This document shows positions 8,374 through 18,813 of a stretch of 41,130 nucleotides of DNA, piece after piece. The notes under the pieces were generated by a model. The model was not told the DNA's origin. It made no database searches and saw nothing but the letters and a program-made list of their open reading frames with translations. A program made the position numbers and the translations under genes. Numbering within the stretch: the first letter of the stretch is position 1; the number at the start of each line of letters is the position of its first letter. Source of the DNA: a virus (lineage: Duplodnaviria > Caudoviricetes); IMG/VR virus record IMGVR_UViG_3300020045_004180, positions 1 through 41,130 of that record, one strand, 5' to 3'.

Positions 8374-9621
8374 ATGAATTTCGCACTTGCAAAAGAAATT
8401 TACGGTTTAACACCTTGGTGCGTGGATGCTATTTCCTTTCATTCTTTATCTGCTGTATTGAAAAATTTACAAAATGGAGTTGCTTTGGAGGTTCCAGAAA
8501 TTAAGTACAATACGCCTTTTTTAATGCAAATTAAAAACGAAACAAGAATTATACAAAGGGATTGGCAACTGGATAATAATGATAAATTCGAGGGTATTGG
8601 AATTATCAATTTGAATGGTCCAATAACTAAAGGCGGGGGAATGTCTTCGATGGGAATGATTGAAAACGCCAACGCTATGCGAACAATGGCAAAAGACCAA
8701 AGAATAAAAGGATTTATTATTAATACTGATTCTGGAGGTGGTGCAAGTGGAGCGGTTCAAATAATGGTGGATGCTATAAACGAGGTTAAGCAATCGAAAC
8801 CGGTTTATGCATTGGTTACTAAAGGAGGAATGGCAGGGTCAGCGGCTTATGGGATTATATCAGCAGCCAATAAAATTTATTCAGAGGATAAAATGAATAT
8901 TGTAGGTTCGGTGGGTACGATGATTCAATTCGAGGGTAAAGTTGCCAATTCAAAAGATAAAGACGGCACCAAAAACATCAGGTTATATGCTACCAAATCC
9001 ACGGCAAAAAATAAGGCTTTTGAAGAGGCTATAAATAATGACAATTACGAACTTATCATAAGCGAACTTTTAGACCCGATAAACGATAATTTCATATCCC
9101 AAACATTAGAAAATAGACCTCAATTAGCTGGAAGTGGTTTTGACACGGCAAACACGGTATTTTCAAAAGATGCCATAGGAACATTCATTGACGGGATTGC
9201 AAGCTTTGACCAAGTTGTTGAAATGGTAATGTCAGAAAGTAAAATTAAGAGTAAAAACAGTAAATCAAATATTAATCCAAATTCATTAAAAATGACAAAA
9301 CAGGAAATTAAACAAGAACATCCAACAGCGTATGCAGAGATTGTAAGCGAGGGTGTTATTCAGGAAAGAGAGAGAGTATCTTCTTGGATGAAATATTCAA
9401 GTGCTGACCCCGAAGCGGTTCAACTTGGAATTGTAAACGGTACGGAAATTACACCGAGCCAAAGAGAAGATTTTTTAATTAAAATGCACTCTAAAACACA
9501 AATTGCCAATCTTCAAGCCGACAATGCAACGCCAGTAAACACGCCAGAAAGTGCTGCTGTAATTGTTGCTGAAACTGCCAAAAATGAGGAATTGGAAAGT
9601 GCTTTTAAATTCGAACTTTAA
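8374..9621 (+). CDS. Prohead maturation protease (S49/SppA-like) with C-terminal scaffold region
   Basis: DSGGG, AGSAAYGIISAA, VGSVGT motifs; C-terminal MTKQEIKQEHP...ERERV scaffold-like segment with an internal Met. Confidence 0.88.
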   Translation: MNFALAKEIYGLTPWCVDAISFHSLSAVLKNLQNGVALEVPEIKYNTPFLMQIKNETRIIQRDWQLDNNDKFEGIGIINLNGPITKGGGMSSMGMIENANAMRTMAKDQRIKGFIINTDSGGGASGAVQIMVDAINEVKQSKPVYALVTKGGMAGSAAYGIISAANKIYSEDKMNIVGSVGTMIQFEGKVANSKDKDGTKNIRLYATKSTAKNKAFEEAINNDNYELIISELLDPINDNFISQTLENRPQLAGSGFDTANTVFSKDAIGTFIDGIASFDQVVEMVMSESKIKSKNSKSNINPNSLKMTKQEIKQEHPTAYAEIVSEGVIQERERVSSWMKYSSADPEAVQLGIVNGTEITPSQREDFLIKMHSKTQIANLQADNATPVNTPESAAVIVAETAKNEELESAFKFEL

Positions 9622-9633
9622 TTTTAAATAGAT

Positions 9634-10401
9634 ATGAGCATATACGCAACTCAAAGGGATGCTACCAGAAATCAATCAACGGTTGATTATTTAGCACAAA
9701 ATATTTTCACATTCGGGAACCGATATGGAAAAGGAATTTTTATCAATAACATCGGGGAAACATTAGAGGCTCAGGATGGAATTTTGGTAGTAAGAAACGC
9801 AGGGACTTTTGAAACTGCAACCGTAAAATTTAACGCTGCCGGTTTAACAGCAGGACAAACGCAAATTTTAGCCGGATTGACATTTACATCAACAGGGGTA
9901 ACTACTCAGGCAGAATTGGCTGCCGCTTTTGCAAATTTAGCAGTTGGAGCAACAACAGGAGCGGGAACGGCTTTAGGTGCTTATTCAGGTACTTTGACTG
10001 GGTATTCAACTGGTGCAGTTTTTTATGATGATACAGTAGTATTCACAGCTTCAACAGTTGGGCCAAAAACAGACCTTGCCGACTCAGGAACAGGTGCAGA
10101 CCCGACAATAACAGTAGTTAATGGAGCCGCTGGAGTAGATGAGGGATTCAGCCCTGCAACATCGGCAACATTGGCAAATGTTATCGGTATTCTTAAAATT
10201 GAAGGAACAGTAACTTTGTTGGACACCGAAAGTGTAACTGCAAATTATGCAATTTCTGGGGATATTGACGCTGGAATGTTGATTTTGCCATTGGGTGTAA
10301 CCTTGGATTCAATCGTAGGTTCAAAAGCTTTGAAAGATATATTAACCGCTTTAGGTTTCGTTTTAAATAACGTTACTGAATGCACAAAATTTGACAATTA
10401 A
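9634..10401 (+). CDS. Head decoration protein with an inserted Ala/Gly/Thr-rich domain
   Basis: Lies between protease and MCP (lambda gpD position); VIGIL and LKDILTALGF motifs; apparent insertion at aa ~57-167. Confidence 0.65.
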   Translation: MSIYATQRDATRNQSTVDYLAQNIFTFGNRYGKGIFINNIGETLEAQDGILVVRNAGTFETATVKFNAAGLTAGQTQILAGLTFTSTGVTTQAELAAAFANLAVGATTGAGTALGAYSGTLTGYSTGAVFYDDTVVFTASTVGPKTDLADSGTGADPTITVVNGAAGVDEGFSPATSATLANVIGILKIEGTVTLLDTESVTANYAISGDIDAGMLILPLGVTLDSIVGSKALKDILTALGFVLNNVTECTKFDN

Positions 10402-10403
10402 TT

Positions 10404-11489
10404 ATGGCAATATCTATAATTGACCACAGCGCAAAAATTACCTCAAAAATTGTAGGTAAATTTGAAGAAATGATTCCAGTTCGTTCTGGATTCTCAGGAT
10501 GGTTTCCAGAAGAAACGACCCCTACATTAGAAGTTGATGTAGAAGTACAACGTGATAATGATTTAATTGCGGTTGACGTGGTTAGATTTACCGAGGGAAA
10601 CAAAAACAAGTTTTCCATACTTTCGGAACACAAATACGTACCGCCTTATTTCAAGGAAGATTACGATTTTCAACGTGACCAAGTTTATATGAACACTATC
10701 GCTTTGGGTGTTGGAATGGAAAGTGTACAAGTGAATCGTGTAATTGCTACCAATGCTTTCAAAAATGTTGAAAAAAATAGAAAGAAAATCGAGAGAGCAA
10801 TCAGAAAACAACAAGCTGATGTACTTCAAACAGGTATTGTATCGCTTGTAAACGGTGATAATATTGATTACAAGCGTAAAGCTTCTTCAATGGTAAATGT
10901 CGATACATTGGGCGATTACTGGAGTGTTGCTGCAAGTGCAAAACCTTTGACAAATTTAGCTGATGGAATGGCTTTTTTACGTAACGTTGGTAATTCAAGC
11001 GGAGCGGCTGTAAACGTGATAATGCGTAGTAAAGCTTATGAGGCTTTTGTAGCAACTACACAAGTAAAAGATGAAGCCGATATTCGTAGAATTGACCGTA
11101 TTAATATTTCAATGCCACAATTTAGCGAAGTTTCTGGATTTGCTTTGCAAGGTCAAGTAGCGGCCGGTGATTTCGTTGTTAATCTTTGGACATACAATGA
11201 AAAATATACTGATGCCAACGGTGCAACTCAGTATTATTTGGCTGAAAATTTGGTGATTATGTTACCAGATGATTTCCAAGGAAAAACAATTTTTGGAGGT
11301 TTGCCAGTGTTGAATGAAACGTCTATCGGAGGTCAAACTATTGCGGTACCTGGAATCGTTGAAGCCAATTATTTGATTAGAAATTACAGTGACAAGAAAA
11401 CAGTTTCAAGCACAATTGAACTTACTTCTGCACCGCTTGTGGTTCCTTTCACTATTGACAAAATTTACACAATGCAGGTATTAGCTTAA
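10404..11489 (+). CDS. Major capsid protein (lambda gpE family)
   Basis: 361 aa; YVPPYFKE, IERAIRKQQADVLQTG, IELTSAPLVVP match gpE-type capsids. Confidence 0.88.
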   Translation: MAISIIDHSAKITSKIVGKFEEMIPVRSGFSGWFPEETTPTLEVDVEVQRDNDLIAVDVVRFTEGNKNKFSILSEHKYVPPYFKEDYDFQRDQVYMNTIALGVGMESVQVNRVIATNAFKNVEKNRKKIERAIRKQQADVLQTGIVSLVNGDNIDYKRKASSMVNVDTLGDYWSVAASAKPLTNLADGMAFLRNVGNSSGAAVNVIMRSKAYEAFVATTQVKDEADIRRIDRINISMPQFSEVSGFALQGQVAAGDFVVNLWTYNEKYTDANGATQYYLAENLVIMLPDDFQGKTIFGGLPVLNETSIGGQTIAVPGIVEANYLIRNYSDKKTVSSTIELTSAPLVVPFTIDKIYTMQVLA

Positions 11490-11500
11490 TTCTTTAAGAT

Positions 11501-11707
11501 ATGGCAAAGTATAAAATATTGGTTATCGCACATCAACTTAAAAATAAGGTAATTGCCAAATATGGTGATGTTGTTGATGAAACTCAATTGATGGGGAATG
11601 CTCCACAATTGGAAAAAGAAGGATTCATTGAATTGGTTAAGGAAGTTAAAACCGAAATCAAAGACATTGAAGTGAAAGACCCTAAAAAAGTAAGTTCAAA
11701 AAAGTAA
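11501..11707 (+). CDS. Small head-associated protein
   Basis: 68 aa right after the MCP; GDVV...LEKEGFIE pattern common in this position. Confidence 0.55.
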   Translation: MAKYKILVIAHQLKNKVIAKYGDVVDETQLMGNAPQLEKEGFIELVKEVKTEIKDIEVKDPKKVSSKK

Positions 11708-11711
11708 AAAG

Positions 11712-12098
11712 ATGGCCGGTAGCATATTCGAGTTAGCAAAAAGAGACGCTAAAAAATTCATAACGAGCGGAGGATTTGAGGAAACAATAACGTTGACCAC
11801 TCCAAGTAAAGATAAAACTTTGACGTTAACAGGATTTGCTACCAAACATCATTTATCATTTGATGTTGAAACGGGTGTTCCGGTTAATTCCAAAAATGCT
11901 CATACTTGTGTTTCAGAAACTGATTTGGTTTTAAAATCATATCCGGTTAGAAATGCGAAAGGTGAAATAAATATGTATAAGCATTTTGTTTCAGTTCCAG
12001 ATAGTTCTGGAATCATTAAAAATTACCGTGTAAAGGAAAATTTTCCGAACGAAACACTTGGATTGATTGTATTAATTTTAGAAGATTACACCGTATAA
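11712..12098 (+). CDS. Head-tail connector / head closure protein
   Basis: 128 aa, beta-rich, ends in GLIVLILE; position. Confidence 0.55.
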   Translation: MAGSIFELAKRDAKKFITSGGFEETITLTTPSKDKTLTLTGFATKHHLSFDVETGVPVNSKNAHTCVSETDLVLKSYPVRNAKGEINMYKHFVSVPDSSGIIKNYRVKENFPNETLGLIVLILEDYTV

Positions 12099-12701
12099 AT
12101 GGCAGCAATAATAAATAGTATAATTCCGATTCAAGGCTCTGAAATTGTTTTAAACAAGATCGGGGTTATTTTGTTTGAGGAATTGACCAATCAAAAAGTA
12201 TTACGGCCGGCTAACGATGATTTTAATGTTTACGTTGAGCGATTGGCACCATTCGACAATAGCGAAGATGTAATGATAAATGTTTCTTTGAACAATGCCA
12301 ATTATTCTGGATTCACGCAAAAAGACTCACAATGTTTATGCTCTTATTTTATCGATGTTGAAGCGGGTGGTACAGGAAGCGATGGAGAGGAAAACTACGA
12401 AGATGTAAAGAAAAAAATGCACCTTTATATGGGTATGATTCGATACATTTTAAGTTCCACAAAGTATATGACTTTAGGTTTTGCACCGGGTTTAATCGGT
12501 GGCAAATATGTAGAGTCAATGCAATTTCCTGATAAATACAATTCACAAGACAGCGGAAACATAAGATTTGGACGTATCACTTTTACGGTAAGGGTTCAAG
12601 AAAATCAAGATGCGTGGGTAGGCATTCAATTAGAAGGGAATGATTCAAACATCAAATTAGAATTAACGGATTTAGGTTATAAATTAACAAATAATAATTA
12701 A
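12099..12701 (+). CDS. Tail terminator / neck protein
   Basis: 200 aa directly before the sheath; call is position-based. Confidence 0.5.
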   Translation: MAAIINSIIPIQGSEIVLNKIGVILFEELTNQKVLRPANDDFNVYVERLAPFDNSEDVMINVSLNNANYSGFTQKDSQCLCSYFIDVEAGGTGSDGEENYEDVKKKMHLYMGMIRYILSSTKYMTLGFAPGLIGGKYVESMQFPDKYNSQDSGNIRFGRITFTVRVQENQDAWVGIQLEGNDSNIKLELTDLGYKLTNNN

Positions 12702-12706
12702 AAAAT

Positions 12707-14227
12707 ATGGCTACAATTTCAACGGCAGTAGGTTTAGAGAGAAAGTCAAGAGTTTCGGGGTATAAAATTAAAAAGGGTTTTTTCACAAATGAAACTCAAA
12801 CTTTACCTCAAATTATTGCAGTTTTCGGAGAAGCCAATACCGCTAATCAAAGTGGATTAAGTACCACTAAAAAAGAAGTTACAAGCGCAAAAGAAGCGGC
12901 TGAACTATACGGATATGGTTCTCCAATTCATCAACAAATGCGTATTTTAAGACCCGTTTCAGGGGATGGTGTTGGTGGAATACCAACAATAGTTTTTCCT
13001 CAACTTACAGACGGTGGAGCAACTGCAACCACAAGAGAATGGACGGTTACAGGAACGGCAACAGGAAACGCAACTCATTACGTAGTTGTAAATGGTCGTG
13101 ATACCTTGGATTTCCAAACTTATGCTTTTAACGTTGTTTCGGGTGATACTCCAACAGTTATTGCGGGAAAAATGAAAGATGCCATTAATGGTGTTTTGGG
13201 TGCGCCTTGTACCGCTGCCAATACTTTAGGAGTTATGACAGCCACCACAAAATGGAAAGGTTTAACTTCGGCTCAATTGAACATCGTTATTGATTTTGGA
13301 AGTAACTCGGCTGGGGTTAGTTATTCTCAAACGGCATCAACAGATGGGGCGGGAGTTGTAAGTTTAGCGGCTTCATTGGCTCAATTTGGGGATGATTGGT
13401 ACACTTGTGTAACAAATCCTTACGGAACGGATCAATTGGACGCTTTGGAGGCTTTTAATGGTGTTCCTGACCCTGATGCACCTACAGGAAGATATAACGG
13501 ATTAGTGTTTAAACCGTTTATGGCTTACTTTGGCAGCGTTTTAAGCGACAAAGATGATTTAATCTTGATTACGGATGATTCTGACAGAATCGAGCAAGTA
13601 ACAAACGTTTTATGCCCTGCACCAAACTCAAAAGGATTCAATTGTGAAGCGGCCGCAAATGCGGTTACTTTGTTTGCCAGAATTATGCAAGATTCTCCAC
13701 ATTTGGACGTGAATAACAAAGCGTATCCAGATATGCCAATTCCAAGTGATTCAAACATCGGGGATATGTCGGATTACAATAACCGAGATTTGTTGATTAA
13801 AGCCGGTTGTTCAACTGTAATGTTGGAAAATGGAGCGTACAAGATTCAAGACTTTGTTACTACATATCATCCTGATGGCGAAATACCTTTGCAGTACAAT
13901 TATGCCAGAAACTTGAATTTGGATTGGAACGTTTCGGACTCTTACAGGACCTTGGAAACAATCAGATTGAAAGACAAAACTTTGGTTTTGGATGGTCAAA
14001 TAGTGGATGTTTCTGGGGTTATCAAACCAAAGGAATGGAAAGCGGTGGTTTTCGATTTGTTTGATGATTTGGCAGAAAAAGCATTGATAAATGACCCCGC
14101 ATTTTCTAAGGCTAGTTTATTGGTTCAAATTTCGGGAACAGACCCAAACAGATTCGAAACTTTTTTCAGATACAAAAGAACTGGAATTGCCAGAATCGAA
14201 AGTACGGACGTAGAAGCAGGATTTTAA
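12707..14227 (+). CDS. Tail sheath protein (Mu gpL-like; contractile tail)
   Basis: 506 aa; AAELYGYGSPIH, LLIKAGCST, IQDFVTTY, DPNRF motifs of sheath proteins. Confidence 0.88.
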   Translation: MATISTAVGLERKSRVSGYKIKKGFFTNETQTLPQIIAVFGEANTANQSGLSTTKKEVTSAKEAAELYGYGSPIHQQMRILRPVSGDGVGGIPTIVFPQLTDGGATATTREWTVTGTATGNATHYVVVNGRDTLDFQTYAFNVVSGDTPTVIAGKMKDAINGVLGAPCTAANTLGVMTATTKWKGLTSAQLNIVIDFGSNSAGVSYSQTASTDGAGVVSLAASLAQFGDDWYTCVTNPYGTDQLDALEAFNGVPDPDAPTGRYNGLVFKPFMAYFGSVLSDKDDLILITDDSDRIEQVTNVLCPAPNSKGFNCEAAANAVTLFARIMQDSPHLDVNNKAYPDMPIPSDSNIGDMSDYNNRDLLIKAGCSTVMLENGAYKIQDFVTTYHPDGEIPLQYNYARNLNLDWNVSDSYRTLETIRLKDKTLVLDGQIVDVSGVIKPKEWKAVVFDLFDDLAEKALINDPAFSKASLLVQISGTDPNRFETFFRYKRTGIARIESTDVEAGF

Positions 14228-14244
14228 TTTTAAATAAAAAAGAT

Positions 14245-14652
14245 ATGGCAAATTATATATTTGGTGACGTTACAGAAATTGTATGTCAACATACTTTGGG
14301 AGAGTTTAGATTCTCACCAAAATCAAATGAAAGCTTCACGTTTGATAAAGGCGGTATTCGTGCTAATGATGATGCAAATCAGATTACGGCAGACGGACAA
14401 ATGATGTCTCAATTAAACCGTGTTAGATGGTCAGCAGAGGGACCAATTGCAGTAGATACGATTTCAGATAATGAACTTGAAAATCTTGCAAATTTGGCAT
14501 CACATCCAGACTTAGGTACTTGGACTTTTTCTTTGATTTCAGGAACTATTTACAAAGGTAAAGGCCGTCCAGTTGGAGATTTACAGGCGGATTCTAACGC
14601 AGGAACAATGACTTTGAAAGTTGCAGGTTCTAATAAATTAGAAAAACTTTAA
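14245..14652 (+). CDS. Tail tube protein
   Basis: 135 aa, beta-rich, directly after the sheath. Confidence 0.75.
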   Translation: MANYIFGDVTEIVCQHTLGEFRFSPKSNESFTFDKGGIRANDDANQITADGQMMSQLNRVRWSAEGPIAVDTISDNELENLANLASHPDLGTWTFSLISGTIYKGKGRPVGDLQADSNAGTMTLKVAGSNKLEKL

Positions 14653-14659
14653 GATTATC

Positions 14660-14689
14660 AAACTCCCTTATTAATTTAAGGGAGTTTTT
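14660..14689 (+). terminator. Intrinsic terminator/attenuator after tail tube
   Basis: AAACTCCCTTA / TAAGGGAGTTT stem followed by Ts. Confidence 0.8.
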
Positions 14690-14713
14690 ATACTTTAACC
14701 AAAAAACAAAACA

Positions 14714-15133
14714 ATGTCAGAAAAAAAACAAGTAATTAGCGACGAAAACGCTTTGAACGAATTGGAGTTATTTATTAATGAATGGGTTGAAAAACCAGAA
14801 ATAAAATCAGAATTAAAAGAAGCCTATCCATTAATTTTTGAAGCAATCACAACAGGAAATTTGGTATTAAATGAAAATGTGCCAGTTTACACTTTGAGAA
14901 ATCCAATTAAAAATGATGATGGTCAAATTTCTGAATCTGAAATTAATTTCAAAACGAGAATCACGCCAACAAATCAGGCCCGAATAGGTAAAGGATTGAA
15001 CATTCAATTGGACCAACTGCAATATGCCTTGAATTGTATTTCTTACATCATCGGAAAGCCATTGGCAATGTTGGACAAGTTTTCAAAAAAAGATTACAAT
15101 ACCATTCGTGAAATAGCCTCGGTTTTTATGTAA
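14714..15133 (+). CDS. Tail assembly chaperone (short form)
   Basis: Between tube and tape measure; ends with a slippery G GTT TTT just before the stop. Confidence 0.8.
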   Translation: MSEKKQVISDENALNELELFINEWVEKPEIKSELKEAYPLIFEAITTGNLVLNENVPVYTLRNPIKNDDGQISESEINFKTRITPTNQARIGKGLNIQLDQLQYALNCISYIIGKPLAMLDKFSKKDYNTIREIASVFM

Positions 15134-15294
15134 GGTGGCCATCGTCAAATATGGACATTGCAATTGAGAATGTTGCAAACTATTTTCATTGGACACCGCA
15201 AACAATAAACGAAATGTATTGTGACAATATTGACATTTTAGGGATTCTTTACTGGAATAAAGTAGTCGAGAAAAATCAACCTAAAACAAAATGA
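15121..15294 (+). CDS. -1 frameshift extension of the tail assembly chaperone (gpGT / P2 gpE+E'-like)
   Basis: The -1 frame from GGTTTTT (15121-15127) reads GFYVRWPSSNMDIAIENVANYFHWTPQTINEMYCD...KTK* and contains the FHWxPxxIxxM motif. Confidence 0.8.
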   Translation, partial: GFYVRWPSSNMDIAIENVANYFHWTPQTINEMYCDNIDILGILYWNKVVEKNQPKTK

Positions 15295-15296
15295 TA

Positions 15297-15340
15297 AAAA
15301 CCCCCAACATAGTTATAATTTGTGTTTGGGGTTTTATTTT
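15297..15340 (+). terminator. Imperfect hairpin with T-tail before tape measure
   Basis: AAAACCCCCAACA.../...TGTTTGGGGTTTT followed by ATTTT. Confidence 0.5.
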
Positions 15341-15362
15341 ATAATTTTATAAAAAAAATAGT

Positions 15363-17156
15363 ATGGGGGCTACAATTAGAATACCTACCGAGTTCACGGC
15401 CGTTGACAAGTTTAGTGCGGTTATTGCCAAAATGACTTCGGGAGTTTCCAATTTCACTAAAGCAACTGGGGCGGCTGTACAAAGGGTAAACACCAAGATT
15501 AACGGAATGTTTTCCAGTTTGGATAGGATTTCACAATTAGCGATAGGTGTCGGTGTTGCGGGATTGTTTGCAATGGCATCGAGTGCAGCAATGGACTATG
15601 AAACCGCTTTGCATAGTTTGGAGGCGGTGACGGGGCAAAGTGCCGCAAAGTATAAATCACAGATTGAGGATTTAGCAAAGACAAATCGAAAGTCGGTTAT
15701 TGACGTGGCGGGAAGTTTTGAAATTATCGGTTCAGCAATGTCACAGTATTTGGACAATCCAAAAGCGTTGGGTCAAATTACACAATCTGGAATTACATTG
15801 GCAAAAGCGGCCAGAATGGAATTAGAACCTGCATTACAAAGTTTGACATCGGTAATGAACCAATTTAAATTAGGTGCCGAAGAAGCAAATAAAACAATCA
15901 ATATTTTAACAGCTGGGGAAATTGTAGGGTCAGTTTCAACTGCCAAAATAGCCGAGGGATTACAGGAATTTGGAGCAAATGCATTTACGGCAAATGTCAA
16001 ATTAAGCGAGTCGGTTGCATTATTGGAAACATTGGGAAAACAAATGGACCATTCCAAAATTGCAGTAGGTGCAAGGAATTTATTAAATGTAATGTCAAGT
16101 GCCAAAGGATTGCCAAAAGAGGCGGTTAAATCGCTTCAAATGCATGGAGTTAGTATGGACGTGCTAATGAATAAATCCTTGCCTTTGGGTGCCAGATTAA
16201 AAGAACTGTCCAAAATTCAAAAAGATGCAGTTGCAATAACAAATGTTTTCGGAAAAGAAAATATGACGGCTGCCAATGTTATTTTTTCCAACTTGGATAC
16301 TTACAATAAATGGTCGGTTGAAATAGAAAAAACGAATAAAGCAAATGAACAGGCGGCCGTTAATTCAGATACCTTGGCAACCAAAGTAAAATGGTTAAAA
16401 GATTCTTTTGTAAATGCGATTGCAACAAATGACAAGGCGGCAACTTCAATGAATGTGATAAAAGATGCTTTTGGATTCTTAGGTGATAATATGAAAGAAA
16501 TAGTTAGTTTGGTAAGCAAGGTAATTATAGCTTTTGTCGCTTTCAAAACAATAAACGCAATAATAGTGACGGCTCAGGCTATAATGGCAGGATATACGGC
16601 TGTAATGCTTTGGTATTCATCTGTAGCGGTTACGGCTGCTTTTACTGGGGCTTCTTTTGCGGCTGTAATTTGGGCAACTGTTTGGCCTATTTTGGCTGTT
16701 ATTGCTGCAATTGGATTAATAGTATATGCGGTTACTCATTGGGGCGAAATAACAGACTGGTTTAGTCAAAAATGGGAACAATTGACCACGTTTTTATCCG
16801 AGTTTGATTTTGTTGGAATGTTTATTTCCATTGGACAGGCAATCATAGATTATATGCTTTTCCCATTGAAATCTGTTTTAAAATTAGTGGCGATGATTCC
16901 AGGAGGAATAGGAAAAGCGGCTCAAACTGGATTAGACAAAATCAATGAAATGTCAGATTTGAATATGTTGGTAGGACACGACATAAAAAAATTGGATAGT
17001 CCAGAGCAAACCAATGCCAAAATGATGCAAGAAAATAGAGTTAGTGGAGGAATTGACGTGAACATTAGGGATAAAGGAGGTAACGTTGAAAGTTCCAATC
17101 CGTGGGGTAATTCAGGAATACCAATAAATGTAACATCAACACAGGGGGCATTTTAA
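15363..17156 (+). CDS. Tape measure protein (TP901-like core)
   Basis: 597 aa, Ala-rich helical, VFGKEN motif, hydrophobic segment and W-spaced repeats (HWGEITDWFSQKWEQL). Confidence 0.88.
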   Translation: MGATIRIPTEFTAVDKFSAVIAKMTSGVSNFTKATGAAVQRVNTKINGMFSSLDRISQLAIGVGVAGLFAMASSAAMDYETALHSLEAVTGQSAAKYKSQIEDLAKTNRKSVIDVAGSFEIIGSAMSQYLDNPKALGQITQSGITLAKAARMELEPALQSLTSVMNQFKLGAEEANKTINILTAGEIVGSVSTAKIAEGLQEFGANAFTANVKLSESVALLETLGKQMDHSKIAVGARNLLNVMSSAKGLPKEAVKSLQMHGVSMDVLMNKSLPLGARLKELSKIQKDAVAITNVFGKENMTAANVIFSNLDTYNKWSVEIEKTNKANEQAAVNSDTLATKVKWLKDSFVNAIATNDKAATSMNVIKDAFGFLGDNMKEIVSLVSKVIIAFVAFKTINAIIVTAQAIMAGYTAVMLWYSSVAVTAAFTGASFAAVIWATVWPILAVIAAIGLIVYAVTHWGEITDWFSQKWEQLTTFLSEFDFVGMFISIGQAIIDYMLFPLKSVLKLVAMIPGGIGKAAQTGLDKINEMSDLNMLVGHDIKKLDSPEQTNAKMMQENRVSGGIDVNIRDKGGNVESSNPWGNSGIPINVTSTQGAF

Positions 17157-17158
17157 TT

Positions 17159-17638
17159 ATGGATACAAAAGATATTTTATTGTATGAATCTGGAAGCGGT
17201 GGCGAAATGTCCATCGCTTCAAATGATTTGGTAATGGGTGAAAATTTATACCAACAAGTTTATTTAGCTTTGTTTGGTGGAAATGTGGAAGCGAACACGA
17301 AACCCGATATTTTACTCAATGAGGAACGTTTTGATTGGTGGGGGAATGCTTTGTTTTTCAAGGACAAGCCAACACGACAATTCAATTCTAATACGGAAAG
17401 AACGCTTTTAGATGTTGTTATGAATAGTTCTGGTCGGTTACGAATTATACAGGCTGTAAACGATGATTTGGTGTATCTAAGCGAGTTGTTGAATTCAACC
17501 GTGGACGTGGAATTTTTTAACACAAATAAAATACGTATTATTGTAATGTTTTCGCCAAAAACCAATCAAGAAAATAAAGTTTTGCAATTGGTTTATGATA
17601 ATGCTAAAAATGAATTAATAATTGAAAAAGTAATTTAA
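17159..17638 (+). CDS. Baseplate wedge protein (Mu gp46-like)
   Basis: VYLALFGG and DWWGN motifs; precedes the J-like gene. Confidence 0.7.
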   Translation: MDTKDILLYESGSGGEMSIASNDLVMGENLYQQVYLALFGGNVEANTKPDILLNEERFDWWGNALFFKDKPTRQFNSNTERTLLDVVMNSSGRLRIIQAVNDDLVYLSELLNSTVDVEFFNTNKIRIIVMFSPKTNQENKVLQLVYDNAKNELIIEKVI

Positions 17639-18810
17639 TGAAACCAATACCAAGTATAGTCGAATTGCAGGAAACGCTTGCAAATGATTTTAGAAGTCGT
17701 TTGAATTTGTCGGACGATGATTTAAAGAAAGTCCTAAATGCTTTTGATATTGTTTTGGCTGCCCAATTTAAACTTTTGTATCTTTTTTTAAGCGACATTC
17801 AAAATAATGTTTTCCCTGATACAGCCGATTTAGAGGAAAACGGAGGTACTTTGGAAAGAATTGGAAGGATACAATTAGGACGCAATCCTCTACCGGCTAC
17901 GGTGGGGGTTTTTGAGTTTTCTGTCGTAGGAGTTTCGGGTTCTGTTTTACGTTCCGGATTAACTTTTAAATCAAATGAAGATGCTAAAAATCCCGGTCAA
18001 CTTTATGTTTTGGATTCTGAATATATTTTGACGGGAACAGCTGATTTAATTGAGGTGCGTTCTTTGGGTTCAGGTGTTGAATATGATTTAAACATAGGTG
18101 ATGAATTGACTATTACCGAGCCAGTAATTGGAGTAAACGCAACCGTAACCGTGGATAGTGTTATTGACGTGCCAACAGCATCTGAAGACATTGAGATATA
18201 CCGACAAAACATTTTAGATTCAATTCAGTTGGAGCCACAAGGAGGGGCTAAAACAGATTATCGATTATGGGCGGCCGATGCTTTGGGAGTTAGAAAAGTT
18301 TATCCATACGTAAAAAACGGGGAAGCGGGAACGGTTCAGATATTTGTCGAAGCAACAATAGTTGATAGTACAGATGGAAAAGGAACGCCGAGTGCAGGAC
18401 TTTTAACAGATGTTGAAGAAGTTATCGAATTTGATCCAGATACAACAAAACCATTAAACGAAAGAGGTCGTAGGCCAATACAGGCAACAATAGAAGTTGA
18501 GCCGATTACCTTAATTCCCGTGGACGTTTCAATTGTTGGATTAAATGAAGATACGGCAAGTATTCGAGCATCAATTTCGACTAATTTAGACGGTTATTTA
18601 CAAGATATTAGGCCGTATATTGCGGGTGCTGATTTAGCACGTGATAAAAACGATATTTTGTATGAGGGGCGTTTGCAAAGCGTGGTAACCGACACATTGG
18701 AAAGTGCCAATTTCTTTACTTCATTCAATATGGTTGTTAACGGGGTATCGGTGGATAATTATCAGTTTGAATTGGGAAATATTCCATATTTAAGAAACGT
18801 AACTTACTAA
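17638..18810 (+). CDS. Baseplate J-like protein (Mu gp47-like)
   Basis: FPDTAD, EDIEIYRQNIL, PQGGAKTDYRLWA, GTVQIFV motifs. Confidence 0.9.
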   Translation: MKPIPSIVELQETLANDFRSRLNLSDDDLKKVLNAFDIVLAAQFKLLYLFLSDIQNNVFPDTADLEENGGTLERIGRIQLGRNPLPATVGVFEFSVVGVSGSVLRSGLTFKSNEDAKNPGQLYVLDSEYILTGTADLIEVRSLGSGVEYDLNIGDELTITEPVIGVNATVTVDSVIDVPTASEDIEIYRQNILDSIQLEPQGGAKTDYRLWAADALGVRKVYPYVKNGEAGTVQIFVEATIVDSTDGKGTPSAGLLTDVEEVIEFDPDTTKPLNERGRRPIQATIEVEPITLIPVDVSIVGLNEDTASIRASISTNLDGYLQDIRPYIAGADLARDKNDILYEGRLQSVVTDTLESANFFTSFNMVVNGVSVDNYQFELGNIPYLRNVTY

Positions 18811-18813
18811 GAT

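Noticed and set aside
15301-15330. dif-like Xer site
   Set aside because: Only about half of the XerD-arm consensus matches; it is better explained as an RNA hairpin.
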